DNA of 64,000 bases from Gemmatimonadales bacterium (GCA_035577025.1 DATLVU010000003.1:2433-66432); one strand, 5' to 3'; shown: positions 11,149 through 21,214, counted from the first letter of the stretch. Numbers and translations: made by a program. The notes: a model not told the origin generated them from the sequence alone.

Positions 11149-12525
11149 GTGAAGCTCCCCGCCGCCATCTTCCGCGAATACGACATCCGCGGCACCGTGG
11201 GTGACCAGCTCACGGTCGACGTCGCCCGCGCCATCGGCCAGGCCCTCGCGACCGTCGGATGGGAGCGTCTGGGCCACGCGCCCAAGCTCGCCGTTGGACG
11301 CGACAACCGGCCCTCCGGAGCGGAGTATGCGGGCGGCGTCCTGACCGGCATCGCGGCCGCCGGCGGCGTGGCCGTGGACGTCGGCGAGCTCCCGACACCC
11401 GCCCTTTACTTCGCGACGCACACGCTCGACGTGGATGGTGGCATCCAGGTTACTGGATCGCACAACCCTCCCGAGTTCAACGGCTTCAAGCTGGTCCTCG
11501 GCCCCGAGCCGATTTACGGGGCGGAGATCCAGGGATTGCGACGCCTGATCGAGGAAGGCCGCACACCCACGCGCCCGGGGGGCCGGCGCAGCCAGGACCG
11601 CACCGTGCTGCCGCGCTATCGCGACGCGATCGTCGAGCGGAACGGCCCGCTCCCGCGGCGGGTGAAGACGGTCGTGGACTGCGGCAACGGCGTCGCGAGC
11701 GTCATCGCCGTCGACACGTTGCGGCGTCTCGGCGCGGAGGTGATACCGCTCTTTTGCGAATCTGACGGGCGGTTTCCCAATCACCACCCCGACCCGACCG
11801 TGCCCGAGAACCTGCGAGACCTGCAGGCGGCCGTGCGCCGCGAAGGAGCCGAGCTGGGCATCGCCTTCGATGGCGACGGCGATCGGATCGGCGCGGTGGA
11901 CGAGCAGGGTCGTCCCGTGTTCGGCGATCAGCTGCTCGTGCTGCTCGGTCGCGACCTCGCGCGCCGCATGGGAGGGGGCCACGCCGTGATCTTCGACGTC
12001 AAATGCTCCGAGGTCCTTCCGCGGGAGCTGGCACGCGTCGGCCTGAAGCCCACCATGTGGAAGACCGGCCACTCGCTCATCAAGCAGAAGATGAAAGAGT
12101 CCCGGGCGCCCCTGGCCGGCGAAATGAGCGGGCACATGTTCTTCGGCGGCGACTGGTACGGATTCGACGATGCCTTGTTCGCGGCCGCGCGCCTCCTCCG
12201 GTACCAGGCGGAGATCGGCGGGCCACTCTCCCGGCTCCTCGCGGACCTACCCACCACGATCGCCACGCCCGAGATGCGCGTCGAGTGCCCCGACGAGCAG
12301 AAGTTTGCGATCGTGGAACGCGCGGCGCAGCACTTCGCGACGAAATACCCGGTGTCGACGCTGGATGGCGTGCGCATCACGTTCGCGGAAGGCTGGGGCC
12401 TGCTACGGGCATCGAACACACAACCGGTGCTGGTCCTGCGCTTTGAAGCCGCGACCCCGGCCGCGCTGGCGGCCTATCGGACCGAAGTAGAGAGCTGGCT
12501 AGCGGCGCAGCGCAACCGCGCGTGA
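11149..12525 (+). CDS. Phosphomannomutase/phosphoglucomutase (alpha-D-phosphohexomutase)
   Basis: Active-site loop TGSHNPPEFNGFK, metal loop FDGDGDR and sugar loop GEMSGH. 458 aa. Confidence 0.9.
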   Translation: MKLPAAIFREYDIRGTVGDQLTVDVARAIGQALATVGWERLGHAPKLAVGRDNRPSGAEYAGGVLTGIAAAGGVAVDVGELPTPALYFATHTLDVDGGIQVTGSHNPPEFNGFKLVLGPEPIYGAEIQGLRRLIEEGRTPTRPGGRRSQDRTVLPRYRDAIVERNGPLPRRVKTVVDCGNGVASVIAVDTLRRLGAEVIPLFCESDGRFPNHHPDPTVPENLRDLQAAVRREGAELGIAFDGDGDRIGAVDEQGRPVFGDQLLVLLGRDLARRMGGGHAVIFDVKCSEVLPRELARVGLKPTMWKTGHSLIKQKMKESRAPLAGEMSGHMFFGGDWYGFDDALFAAARLLRYQAEIGGPLSRLLADLPTTIATPEMRVECPDEQKFAIVERAAQHFATKYPVSTLDGVRITFAEGWGLLRASNTQPVLVLRFEAATPAALAAYRTEVESWLAAQRNRA

Positions 12526-15047
12526 AGCCCCCCGCCCGCCGCTGGGCGCTCGTCCTGGGCATCGGGCTCCTCGTGGTGGTGCTCGGCGGCGGCCGTTGGC
12601 TCGCCCTCGAAGTCGCCGAGCGCGCGTGGGCGACCACCATCCCGGGCGGAGCCGCGTACATCGGTGAGCGCGATTTTGCGCGGCTGATATCGGGAGTGCT
12701 CCTGCTCACCGCCGTGACCTGGTCCACCGCGAACCTCCTCTTCGTCTACCGGTCGATCGGCTCGATGCAGCTGTCCCACCGGCTCGGCGATCTCGAGATC
12801 GTGGAGGCGGTTCCCCAGAATGTCCTCTTCGCCAGCACGATCGGATGTGGGCTCCTGTGCGGGTTCCTCCTCACGCTGGGCACCGGCGACTGGTGGGTAC
12901 ACGCCGCGCTCGCCTCTCATGCACCATCCTTTGGCGTCCTGGACCCGGTGCTGCACCGGGACGTCGGCTACTACGTGGCACGGCTGCCGTGGACGGAGCG
13001 GTTGCGGGCGTTCTCCCTGCTCGCCGTGTGCGCGGCGACCATCGTGGTGGCGCTGCTCTACGTCGGCATCGGCCCGCTCCGGTTCCGCCGTTGGCTCCCG
13101 TATGCCAACGCGCACGCGCGCGCGCATCTGGGTCTGCTGCTCGCGTTCCTGGCGCTGATCCTGGCATGGGGCGCGCTCCTCGATCCGGTGGAGACCGTGG
13201 CGGGGTTGCACGGCTCGCTCACCCAGCGGGCGCTCGACCTGCGTCTCCCCGCCGCGCCGATCGTCGCGGTGTTCGCATTCGCTGCCGCGGGGGCAAGTCT
13301 CTTCTGGGGCCTGCGCGAGAAACCCGTCCTTCTCGTTTCCGCGTGGGCCGCGCTGTGCGTCGCCGAGCTCATCGGGTTCATCGTCATTCCCGGCCCCCTT
13401 CTTCCTCCCGGATCACGCGACACCGGGGCAGGGGTGGCGGCAGGGGCAGCACCCGAGGGCACGCTGGCCGATACGGCGCTCGCGTCCGCCCAACGCAGGC
13501 TCGAGAGCTTGGCACTCGGGACGCCCGCTCTCCTGGAGCAGCCGCCGCGTGGGTTTGCCAGCGCCGAAGCGGCCCTTGCGGCGCTCCCGATCTGGGATGC
13601 CTCGCGAGTCATGGTCGCGGCGGCGGCCCGCCCCGAGCTCGGCGGGCGCGCGACGCCAGTGGGCGCCGCACTCGCCCCACTCTCGCTCGGCATCGGCGCC
13701 GGTCGCCCCACGTGGATCGTCGCGTTTCAACCGATGCTCGACAGCGGAGTCACCACGGGCCGGCCGTCCGACTGGACGGCGGTCCACCGCGGACCCGCGG
13801 CCCGCGCGCGCCCCCCGGTGGCGGCCGTGGAGGACGATTCAGCGCTCGAATTCACCGCCGTTCCCACGCGCGACTCGACCACGTGGTTCGGACCGAACTT
13901 CGACGGATTCGTGGTCGCGTCCCCCGACACCTGGCCGGCGGTTCGACGCTCCGCCGTCGCACTCACCCCCTGGTGGCGTCGCCTCGCGCTCGCCTGGGCG
14001 TTGCAGAGCCCCGCCCTCGCCCGCCGGGAGACCGACGGTCTCGTGCTCATGTGGCGACGGAACGTCCTCCCACGCCTGCGCCGCCTCGCGCCGTTCGCGA
14101 CATTCGACCCGCCGACGCCCCTCGTGGCCGACAGCGCCTTGTGGTGGGTGGCATACGGCTATCTCAACGCCGAAGGCTTTCCCCTCGTGCGGCCCGTGGA
14201 AATCGACGACCGGTGGGTCCGCTACTCCAGCGCCGCCTTCATCGCCGTGGTGAGCGCCGCCACCGGCGACACGCGCCTGCACCTGGCTCCGGGCGCCGAC
14301 TCGGTCGCTCACGCGTGGGCCACGCTGCTCACCCCGATGATCCATCCGCTCGACAGCCTCGCCCCGGCCCTGCGCGCTCAGCTTCCGTTTCCCCGCCGCA
14401 CGTTCCGCGCAGCGGCCGCCCTCCTGGACCGCTGGCGCGGCGACACGACCTCCTGGGTGCCGCGCGACCGCGAGCCGTTCGAGCTGAGCGCCCCCCCGTG
14501 GGATGAGCCGGGCGTCGATGGCTCGCACCTGTGGATGGGGCAGGGATTCGAGGCGGGCAACGCGTTCGCGGCGCTGGTGGCCGGCATCATGACGCCATCC
14601 GCGCCCAAGCTGTTCGTCTGGCGGCCGCGCGCGGCGCGGCTGCCGCCGCTCCTCGTCGGCTCCCCGAATACAACGGCGCCCGGCGTGATGCGGGTGTGGA
14701 GCGTCGCGGGCGGCTTGTTCTCGGAGCAGGCGCGGTTCGTAGAGCCGGCGGGCGGGACACCGCTCCGTGGAATCGACACGGTGTTTCTTTCGTGGGGTGA
14801 CCGGCGGGGCCAGGGAGGGTCCCCCGCCGCGGCGCTCCGCGATCTCCTCGCTGGGACCGGAGGCCCGCGTATCCCGACGGATACCTCGCTCGCCGCACGG
14901 TGGGAGCACGCGCGGCGGCTGGCGCGGGACGCCAGCGCGGCGCTCGCCGGCGGCGACCTCGCGAAGTTCGCCCAACTGTACCATGAGCTGGAGCAGCTCC
15001 TGGGCGTCGCCCGCCGCAAGCTTGCTCCCGTTCCCGACCGCCACTAG
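12522..15047 (+). CDS. Large integral membrane protein, UPF0182-like (family assignment tentative)
   Basis: 841-aa ORF with strong GC3 bias and several N-terminal TM segments followed by a large soluble part. GTG overlaps the phosphohexomutase stop. The overall architecture and C-terminal helix (GDLAKFAQLYHELEQLL) recall UPF0182, but this is unverified. Confidence 0.6.
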   Translation: MKPPARRWALVLGIGLLVVVLGGGRWLALEVAERAWATTIPGGAAYIGERDFARLISGVLLLTAVTWSTANLLFVYRSIGSMQLSHRLGDLEIVEAVPQNVLFASTIGCGLLCGFLLTLGTGDWWVHAALASHAPSFGVLDPVLHRDVGYYVARLPWTERLRAFSLLAVCAATIVVALLYVGIGPLRFRRWLPYANAHARAHLGLLLAFLALILAWGALLDPVETVAGLHGSLTQRALDLRLPAAPIVAVFAFAAAGASLFWGLREKPVLLVSAWAALCVAELIGFIVIPGPLLPPGSRDTGAGVAAGAAPEGTLADTALASAQRRLESLALGTPALLEQPPRGFASAEAALAALPIWDASRVMVAAAARPELGGRATPVGAALAPLSLGIGAGRPTWIVAFQPMLDSGVTTGRPSDWTAVHRGPAARARPPVAAVEDDSALEFTAVPTRDSTTWFGPNFDGFVVASPDTWPAVRRSAVALTPWWRRLALAWALQSPALARRETDGLVLMWRRNVLPRLRRLAPFATFDPPTPLVADSALWWVAYGYLNAEGFPLVRPVEIDDRWVRYSSAAFIAVVSAATGDTRLHLAPGADSVAHAWATLLTPMIHPLDSLAPALRAQLPFPRRTFRAAAALLDRWRGDTTSWVPRDREPFELSAPPWDEPGVDGSHLWMGQGFEAGNAFAALVAGIMTPSAPKLFVWRPRAARLPPLLVGSPNTTAPGVMRVWSVAGGLFSEQARFVEPAGGTPLRGIDTVFLSWGDRRGQGGSPAAALRDLLAGTGGPRIPTDTSLAARWEHARRLARDASAALAGGDLAKFAQLYHELEQLLGVARRKLAPVPDRH

Positions 15048-15058
15048 GTTGCGCCGCC

Positions 15059-16078
15059 GTGAACGCCCGTACCGCCCGCCCCGCCCGCCCCGCCTCCGCC
15101 GCCCGGAAGACGCGCCGTGCATCGTCCGCGCCGGCCGGCACGATCGTTGTCGCGCTCGGCGGTAACGCGGTCGCTCCGCCAAACGAGCGGCCGACGATCT
15201 CGAATCAGTTTCGCCACACGCGCGCGAGTCTCGCGCCCATCGTCGACCTGGCGCGGGACGGGTGGCACATCGCACTCGTGCATGGGAACGGTCCGCAGGT
15301 GGGCGACGATCTGGCGCGCAACGAGCTCGCCGCCGATCAGGTGGAGCCGCTTCCGCTGGGCGTGCTCGTCGCCGCGACCGCGGGCTGGATGGGCTACATG
15401 ATCCAGCAGTCGCTGCAGAACGCCCTGGCGCGCGCCGGCATCGCCCGCCAGGTCGTCACGCTGGTCACGCAGACCCTCTGCGACGCCAACGATCCGAACC
15501 TCCGCCAACCCACCAAGCCCATCGGACACGCGCTCGATCCCGCGCGCCTTGCGCGCCTGCAGGCGCGCGGCGTGCCCGTGCGCGAGGAGCAGCCCGGCCG
15601 CTGGCGCCGGCTCGCCCCGAGCCCCAAGCCGATCGCGGTCGTCGAACGGGACACCGTGCGGCACCTGGTGGCCGCTGGGCACATCGTGGTGGCGTGCGGC
15701 GGCGGAGGCCCACCCGTGTATGACGATCCGATGCTCCGCCTCGAGGGCATCGACGCGGTGGCCGACAAGGATCGGGTCGCCGCGATCCTCGGCCGGGACA
15801 TCGCGGCCGACGTGCTCCTGATCCTCACGAACGTCGAAGCGGTGTACCGCGCGTACGGCACGCCGCACCAGGAGGCGATCCGCCGGCTCACGCTGGCACA
15901 GGCCGACCATCTGCTCGCGGGAAAAGAGCTCGGTGCCGGGAGCATGCGGCCGAAGGTCGAGGCCGCCGCGGATTTCGTGCGGGTCGGTGGCAGTCGGGCG
16001 ATCATCGCCGCGCTGTCCCAGGGCCTCGCCGCGTTGCGCGGTGACGCCGGAACGACCATCACATCGGAGCCATCGTGA
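15059..16078 (+). CDS. arcC: Carbamate kinase
   Basis: Amino-acid-kinase core IVVALGGNAV...ALVHGNGPQVG...GGGGPPV. GTG 15059 is the only in-frame start and gives a 28-aa Arg/Ala-rich N-terminal extension. Stop overlaps the sucC GTG. Confidence 0.85.
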   Translation: MNARTARPARPASAARKTRRASSAPAGTIVVALGGNAVAPPNERPTISNQFRHTRASLAPIVDLARDGWHIALVHGNGPQVGDDLARNELAADQVEPLPLGVLVAATAGWMGYMIQQSLQNALARAGIARQVVTLVTQTLCDANDPNLRQPTKPIGHALDPARLARLQARGVPVREEQPGRWRRLAPSPKPIAVVERDTVRHLVAAGHIVVACGGGGPPVYDDPMLRLEGIDAVADKDRVAAILGRDIAADVLLILTNVEAVYRAYGTPHQEAIRRLTLAQADHLLAGKELGAGSMRPKVEAAADFVRVGGSRAIIAALSQGLAALRGDAGTTITSEPS

Positions 16079-17226
16079 ACCTGCACGAGTACCAGGCCCG
16101 CGACATCCTTCGCCGCCACGGAATTCCGATCCCGCCGGGGGAGGTTGCGGATACGCCCGAGCAGGCGCGCGAGATCGCCCAGCGGCTCGCGGGGAAGGGG
16201 GGGGGGGGCCGGGTCGTCGTCAAAGCGCAGGTCCACGCGGGCGGCCGCGGCAAGGCCGGAGGCGTGAAGCTCGCCAAGGACGCCGCCGAGGCGGGTGAGC
16301 ACGCGGCGCGAATTCTGGGGATGAGCATCAAGGGCCTGCCCGTGCGGCGCGTGCTCGTGACCCCGGCGGCCGACATCGCATCGGAGAGCTACGTGGGCAT
16401 CATCGTGGACCGCGCGTCCCAGCGACCAGTGCTGATGGTGAGCCCGGCGGGCGGCGTCGACATCGAAGAGGTGGCGGCCAAGTCGCCGGAGCGTATCCAT
16501 CGGCAGGCAATCGACCCACGATACGGTCTCCTCGCGCATCAGGCCCTGGGCCTTGCGTTGAAGCTGTACCGCGAGATGCCCCAGGCGCGCGCGGCCGCGG
16601 ACATCATGCAGCGGCTGTACGCGGCGTTCTACGCCGTCGGTGCCTCGCTCATGGAGATCAATCCGCTCGTCACCACCCCCGACGGCACCGTGGCCGCGCT
16701 CGACGCGAAGATCGTCGTGGACGACAACGAGCTGGAGCGCCACCCCGAGATCGCGGCGTTACGCGACCCGAGCGCCGAGGCGCCGTCCGAAGTGCAGGCC
16801 CGCCAGGCGGGGCTGACGTTCATCAAGCTCGAAGGTTCGGTCGGGTGCTGCGTCAACGGCGCGGGCCTCGCCATGGCCACCATGGATCTCGTGAAGTATT
16901 ACGGCGGCGAGCCCGCGAATTTCCTCGATATCGGCGGGAGCTCGAACCCGCAGAAGGTCGTCGACGCGCTCCGGATCATCACCGCGGACCGGAGCGTCCG
17001 GAGCATCCTGTTCAATATCTTCGGCGGCATCACGCGCTGCGACGATGTCGCGAACGGGATCGTGCAGGCCACGCAGCAGTTCCCCATGAACGTGCCCCTC
17101 GTCATCCGGCTCACCGGCACGAACGAAGCCCTGGCGATCGAGATCCTCACGAAGGCCGGGTTCTCGGCGCTCACCGACATGGACGAGGCGGTCAAGCAGG
17201 CGGTGGCCAAAGCGAGGGCGGCGTGA
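16075..17226 (+). CDS. sucC: Succinyl-CoA ligase (ADP-forming) beta subunit
   Basis: [18 protein letters not shown]... and [18 protein letters not shown] (ATP-grasp). 383 aa. Contains a G12 homopolymer at 16197-16208 with the frame intact. Confidence 0.95.
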   Translation: MNLHEYQARDILRRHGIPIPPGEVADTPEQAREIAQRLAGKGGGGRVVVKAQVHAGGRGKAGGVKLAKDAAEAGEHAARILGMSIKGLPVRRVLVTPAADIASESYVGIIVDRASQRPVLMVSPAGGVDIEEVAAKSPERIHRQAIDPRYGLLAHQALGLALKLYREMPQARAAADIMQRLYAAFYAVGASLMEINPLVTTPDGTVAALDAKIVVDDNELERHPEIAALRDPSAEAPSEVQARQAGLTFIKLEGSVGCCVNGAGLAMATMDLVKYYGGEPANFLDIGGSSNPQKVVDALRIITADRSVRSILFNIFGGITRCDDVANGIVQATQQFPMNVPLVIRLTGTNEALAIEILTKAGFSALTDMDEAVKQAVAKARAA

Positions 17227-18092
17227 GCATCTTCGTCGACGAGCAGACACGCCTGCTGGTCCAGGGGATTACCGGGCGGGACGGCTCGTTCCACACCCGG
17301 CAGATGATCGGGTACGGGACGAAGGTCGTGGCCGGCGTCACCCCCGGCAAGGGTGGGCAGGTATTTGACGGCGTCGTTCCCGTGTTCGACACCGTCGCCG
17401 ACGCGGTTCGCGAGACGCGCGCCAACACGTCCGTGATTTACGTGCCGGCGGCGGTCGCCGCGTCGGCGATCTTCGAGGCCGCCGACGCCGGTATCGGATT
17501 GATCGTCTGTATCACGGAGGGAATCCCCGTCCTCGACGTCACCCGCGTCCTGCCGTTTCTCCACGAGCGTGGAGCCCGGCTCATCGGCCCGAACTGTCCC
17601 GGTCTCATCTCGCCGTCCAAGAGCAAGGTCGGCATCATCCCCGGCAACATCTGCCAGCCGGGACGGATCGGCGTCGTGTCCCGGAGTGGCACGCTCACCT
17701 ACGAGATCGTCCACCAGCTGTCGACCCACGGGATGGGACAGTCCACCTGCATCGGGATCGGGGGAGACCCGCTCATCGGAACGAACTTCATCCATTGTCT
17801 GTCGGCTTTTCACGCCGACGCCGACACGGATGCGGTGGTCATGATCGGCGAGATCGGGGGAACCGACGAGCAGCAGGCGGCGGAGTTCGTGCAGACGACG
17901 ATGACCAAACCCGTGGTCGGGTTCATCGCGGGTCAGACGGCGCCCCCGGGCCGCCGGATGGGGCATGCGGGAGCGATCATCTCGGGCTCGAGCGGCACCG
18001 CGGCGGAGAAGATGGCTGCGTTCGCCCGGGCCGGTATTGCGGTCATGAAGCGTCCGGCGGACGTCGTGCCCCTGCTCAAGGAACGGATGTGA
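17223..18092 (+). CDS. sucD: Succinyl-CoA ligase alpha subunit
   Basis: GTG 17223 overlaps the sucC stop. [34 protein letters not shown] and phosphohistidine loop GHAGAIISG. Confidence 0.95.
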   Translation: MSIFVDEQTRLLVQGITGRDGSFHTRQMIGYGTKVVAGVTPGKGGQVFDGVVPVFDTVADAVRETRANTSVIYVPAAVAASAIFEAADAGIGLIVCITEGIPVLDVTRVLPFLHERGARLIGPNCPGLISPSKSKVGIIPGNICQPGRIGVVSRSGTLTYEIVHQLSTHGMGQSTCIGIGGDPLIGTNFIHCLSAFHADADTDAVVMIGEIGGTDEQQAAEFVQTTMTKPVVGFIAGQTAPPGRRMGHAGAIISGSSGTAAEKMAAFARAGIAVMKRPADVVPLLKERM

Positions 18093-18997
18093 AGCTCCGC
18101 GATGTCCTCAAAGCCGAGCACGTGCTCGTGCCGTTGCGGGCGACCACCGTGAAGGAGGCGACCGAGCGGCTGGCCGAGCGGCTCGTCACCACCGGGGCAG
18201 TGGCCGACCCGCAGCGGCTCACGGCCGTCATCCGCCACACCTGGCCGGAGGACATGGTCTCGGTCGGCGAGCACGCGTTCCTCCCCCATTTCCGGAGCGA
18301 GGCCGTACGCAGCCTGGTGACCGCGGTCGGAATATCCGCGACGCCCATCCGGTGGGAGAAGGACCCGCATCGAACCGCGCGGATCGTGATCTTCATTGTC
18401 GCGCCCCTGCGGGACGCGGCGCTCTATCTGCAGGTGGTGGGCGCGTTCGCGCGCACGCTCGCCGATCCCGACACGGTCCTCGCGCTGCTCGCCGCGCGCA
18501 CGCCCGAACAAGTCGTCACGCTCGCGGCGCTCGAAGCGGCCGAGCTACCGAACCAGCTCACGGTCCGGGACGTCATGACGCCCCACGCGATCACCGTCGG
18601 GCCCGAGCGGACGCTCGGCGACGTCGCCCGGCTCATGGTCGAGCAGGACATCCGCGCCCTCCCGGTGGTGGACGACGGGGGCTCGCTCATCGGCATGGTC
18701 ACGCATCGCGAGCTGCTCCGCTTCCTGATGCCCTCGTTCATCCAGCGCACCAAGAGCGGAGAGTTTCGCGCGCCCACGCGCTCGCAAGTGGCGCGCGGCT
18801 CGACCGACCCGCAGCTCATTCCCGTGAGGGAAGCGATGGCCCGCTCGGTGCTCTGCCTGGCGGAGGATCAAACGCTCGCCGACGTCGCCAATCTCATGAG
18901 CGGGAAGGACGTGGATCGCTTCCCCGTGGTGCGGGATGGACTCGTAGTCGGATTCCTCACTCGCGCCGACGTGATCCGTCGCCTCATCGCCCCCTGA
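18089..18997 (+). CDS. PTS EIIA type-2 (EIIA-Ntr-like) domain fused to a tandem CBS pair
   Basis: GTG 18089 overlaps the sucD stop (GTGA). The N-terminal ~150 aa have the EIIA-2 layout with a candidate phospho-His ([12 protein letters not shown]). The C-terminal half has two CBS motifs ([12 protein letters not shown]..., [12 protein letters not shown]...). Confidence 0.7.
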   Translation: MKLRDVLKAEHVLVPLRATTVKEATERLAERLVTTGAVADPQRLTAVIRHTWPEDMVSVGEHAFLPHFRSEAVRSLVTAVGISATPIRWEKDPHRTARIVIFIVAPLRDAALYLQVVGAFARTLADPDTVLALLAARTPEQVVTLAALEAAELPNQLTVRDVMTPHAITVGPERTLGDVARLMVEQDIRALPVVDDGGSLIGMVTHRELLRFLMPSFIQRTKSGEFRAPTRSQVARGSTDPQLIPVREAMARSVLCLAEDQTLADVANLMSGKDVDRFPVVRDGLVVGFLTRADVIRRLIAP

Positions 18998-19018
18998 CAC
19001 CGGACCCCGGACACCGAA

Positions 19019-19447
19019 ATGTTCACCCTCGCCATCATCAAGCCCGACGCGGTCCACAACGCGCTCACCGGCAAGATCGTCGCGCACCTCGAGGCCGCGG
19101 GATTCCGCATCCGGGCGGCGCGCCTCGTCAGACTCACCCCCGTACAGGCGGAGGCGTTCTACGAGGTCCACCGCGAGCGCCCCTTCTACCGCCCGCTCGT
19201 CACCTTCATGACGTCCGGACCGGCGCTCGCGCTCGCCTTGGAGCGGGCCGACGCCGTAGCCCACCTGCGTCAGGTGATCGGCGCGACCGATCCCGCCGAA
19301 GCGAAGGCCGGGACCGTGCGCAAGCTGTACGCGGAGTCCAAGGAGCGGAACGCGATCCACGCGTCCGATTCCCCGGAGAACGCGGCGCGCGAGATCGCCT
19401 TCTTCTTTCCCGAGAGCGAATTACGGGGGCTGTGGGGCGCGCAGTAG
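19019..19447 (+). CDS. ndk: Nucleoside diphosphate kinase
   Basis: MFTLAIIKPDAV... and active-site His in NAIHASDS. 142 aa. Confidence 0.95.
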   Translation: MFTLAIIKPDAVHNALTGKIVAHLEAAGFRIRAARLVRLTPVQAEAFYEVHRERPFYRPLVTFMTSGPALALALERADAVAHLRQVIGATDPAEAKAGTVRKLYAESKERNAIHASDSPENAAREIAFFFPESELRGLWGAQ

Positions 19448-19456
19448 CAAGTTCGC

Positions 19457-19485
19457 TTGACTCAAGTCCCACAACGGTTTAGCTT
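19457..19485 (+). promoter_or_regulatory. Candidate sigma-70-type promoter for the yceD-rpmF-plsX-fab operon
   Basis: TTGACT (19457-19462), a 17-nt spacer, then TAGCTT (19480-19485) in the ndk-yceD spacer. It would give a near-leaderless transcript. Pattern match only. Confidence 0.25.
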
Positions 19486-19488
19486 CGC

Positions 19489-20004
19489 TTGCCCATGCTA
19501 CAGATCGACCTGCGGGAGCTCGCCCGAGGCCCGGTCGAAACCCGGGCGGACATCCCAGGGACCGATCCCCTCTTCGAGGGCGCCGACGTCCAGTTGACCG
19601 AGCCGGTGCGCGTGGCAGGCCGCTTGCAGGACGCCGGCGACGGACGGTACTACTGGCGAGGCTCGCTCACAACCAAGATCGCCGGGCAGTGCCGGCGCTG
19701 CCTCGTCCCGGTGGCCGTTACCGTAGCGGCCAACGTCGACGCGCTATTTTCCCGTGATCCGGACGCGCTGGAGGACCCGAGCTCCTATTCTCTCGCGTCC
19801 GACTCGACCCAGATCGATCTCCGCCCCGCGGTTCGAGAGGAGCTGTTGCTCGCCGTCCCGCAGTGGGTAGTGTGCCGTGATGATTGCCGCGGGCTGTGCC
19901 CGCGGTGTGGCAAGGACCTGAACGCGGGCCCCTGCGGCTGCCCGCCAGCCGTCGACCAACGCTGGCACGGGCTCGTGGCCTTGAAGGGCAAGCTCCGCGA
20001 CTGA
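19489..20004 (+). CDS. yceD: DUF177/YceD family protein (large-subunit rRNA accumulation protein)
   Basis: C-terminal Cys cluster CRDDCRGLCPRCGKDLNAGPCGC and the conserved position upstream of rpmF. The start may be TTG 19489 or ATG 19495. Confidence 0.8.
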   Translation: MPMLQIDLRELARGPVETRADIPGTDPLFEGADVQLTEPVRVAGRLQDAGDGRYYWRGSLTTKIAGQCRRCLVPVAVTVAANVDALFSRDPDALEDPSSYSLASDSTQIDLRPAVREELLLAVPQWVVCRDDCRGLCPRCGKDLNAGPCGCPPAVDQRWHGLVALKGKLRD

Positions 20005-20021
20005 CAACCGAGGACGATCCC

Positions 20022-20204
20022 ATGGCGGTACCGAAGCGAAGAACCTCCAAGCGCAAGAAGCGCGCACGCCGAACACATTACAAGGCCGCGCCCATTGCGC
20101 TCCAGCCGTGCCCACGGTGTGGAGACCTAAAGCGCCCGCATCATGTCTGCCCGACGTGCGGCTACTACCGGGATGAGCAGCGCATAGCCGTCGAGGACGC
20201 CTGA
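20022..20204 (+). CDS. rpmF: 50S ribosomal protein L32
   Basis: MAVPKRRTSKRKKRARR... with a CPRC...CPTC zinc ribbon. 60 aa. The track ORF upstream extension is rejected. Confidence 0.95.
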   Translation: MAVPKRRTSKRKKRARRTHYKAAPIALQPCPRCGDLKRPHHVCPTCGYYRDEQRIAVEDA

Positions 20205-20206
20205 GC

Positions 20207-21214
20207 GTGATTCGCATCGCGCTGGACGCGATGGGGGGGGACAACGCGCCGAAGGTCGAGGTCGAGGGAGCGGTTCAGGCCCTGCGCGAGCTCCCACCGA
20301 CCTTCCGCATCCAGCTCGTCGGTCGCAGCGCCGAGATCGAGGCCGCGCTCAAGGCCCACGGAGCGGTGGATCGGCAACGGCTCGAGATCGTCGACGCACC
20401 CGAAGTCGTGGGAATGGGAGAAAAGCCCCTCGCGGCGGTGAAGGGAAAGCCCCGCTCATCCATCGCTGTCGGCCTCGGCCTCCAGAAGCAGGAAGACTCG
20501 GACGCCTTCATCTCGGCGGGCAACACGGGAGCGGTGATGGCGGCCGCGACGCTCATGCTGCGCCTGCACGAGGGCGTGCAGCGGGCGGCCATCGCCCCCC
20601 TGTTTCCGACCGCGGTGCACCCGGTGCTCGTGCTCGACGGGGGCGCCAACGTCGACTGCGACGCCCGCGAGCTGGTCGGTTTCGCGCACCTGGGCTCGAT
20701 ATACGTCCGCGACGTGCTCGACCGCCCCGAGCCCGGCGTCGGGTTGCTCAACGTCGGCGAAGAGGACGAGAAGGGCAACGCGACGGTCAAGGAAGCCCAT
20801 CAGCTTCTGAAGCAAACGTCTGGCATCCGCTACGTCGGCAACGTCGAGGGCCGGGACATCCTTGCGGGCCAGTGCAAGCACGGCCGCATCGACGTGGTCG
20901 TCTGCGACGGCTTCGTCGGCAACGTGGTCCTCAAGTTCTACGAGTCCGCCGGCCGCATGTTCATGGGGATGATGCAGCAGGCTTTTCCCGACGTGGCGGC
21001 CCGACCCGAAGCCAAGCAGCTGTTTCGATTCCTCGACTATTCCGAATATGGCGGTGCGCCACTCCTCGGGGTGAAGGGCGTGGTCATCATCTGTCACGGC
21101 GCCTCGCCCGCGCGAGCCATCAAGAATGCCGTCCGCGTCGCGGCGCATATGGTGGAAAGCCACGTGGATCAGGACATCGGCGCCGAGCTGGCCGAAGGGG
21201 GCGCGCCGCGGTGA
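20207..21214 (+). CDS. plsX: Phosphate acyltransferase PlsX
   Basis: MIRIALDAMGGDNAP... over 335 aa, in the canonical rpmF-plsX-fabH order. Confidence 0.93.
   Translation: MIRIALDAMGGDNAPKVEVEGAVQALRELPPTFRIQLVGRSAEIEAALKAHGAVDRQRLEIVDAPEVVGMGEKPLAAVKGKPRSSIAVGLGLQKQEDSDAFISAGNTGAVMAAATLMLRLHEGVQRAAIAPLFPTAVHPVLVLDGGANVDCDARELVGFAHLGSIYVRDVLDRPEPGVGLLNVGEEDEKGNATVKEAHQLLKQTSGIRYVGNVEGRDILAGQCKHGRIDVVVCDGFVGNVVLKFYESAGRMFMGMMQQAFPDVAARPEAKQLFRFLDYSEYGGAPLLGVKGVVIICHGASPARAIKNAVRVAAHMVESHVDQDIGAELAEGGAPR

Noticed and set aside
9394-12135. 913-aa minus-strand ORF antisense to nuoN and the phosphohexomutase gene.
   Set aside because: It is a shadow ORF of GC-rich coding DNA, with an Arg/Gly/Asp/His-rich product and no motifs. 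The plus-strand genes are clearly real.

The same reasoning applies to the other long antisense or off-frame ORFs in the track: 820-1848, 13839-15275, 15394-16743, 21852-23294, 25534-26496, 27617-29008, 37043-38611, 43186-44328 and 45269-46492.
16197-16208. sucC as a frameshifted pseudogene because of the G12 tract.
   Set aside because: Translation through the tract stays in frame and continues into the fully conserved ATP-grasp and C-terminal regions. sucD is coupled normally.
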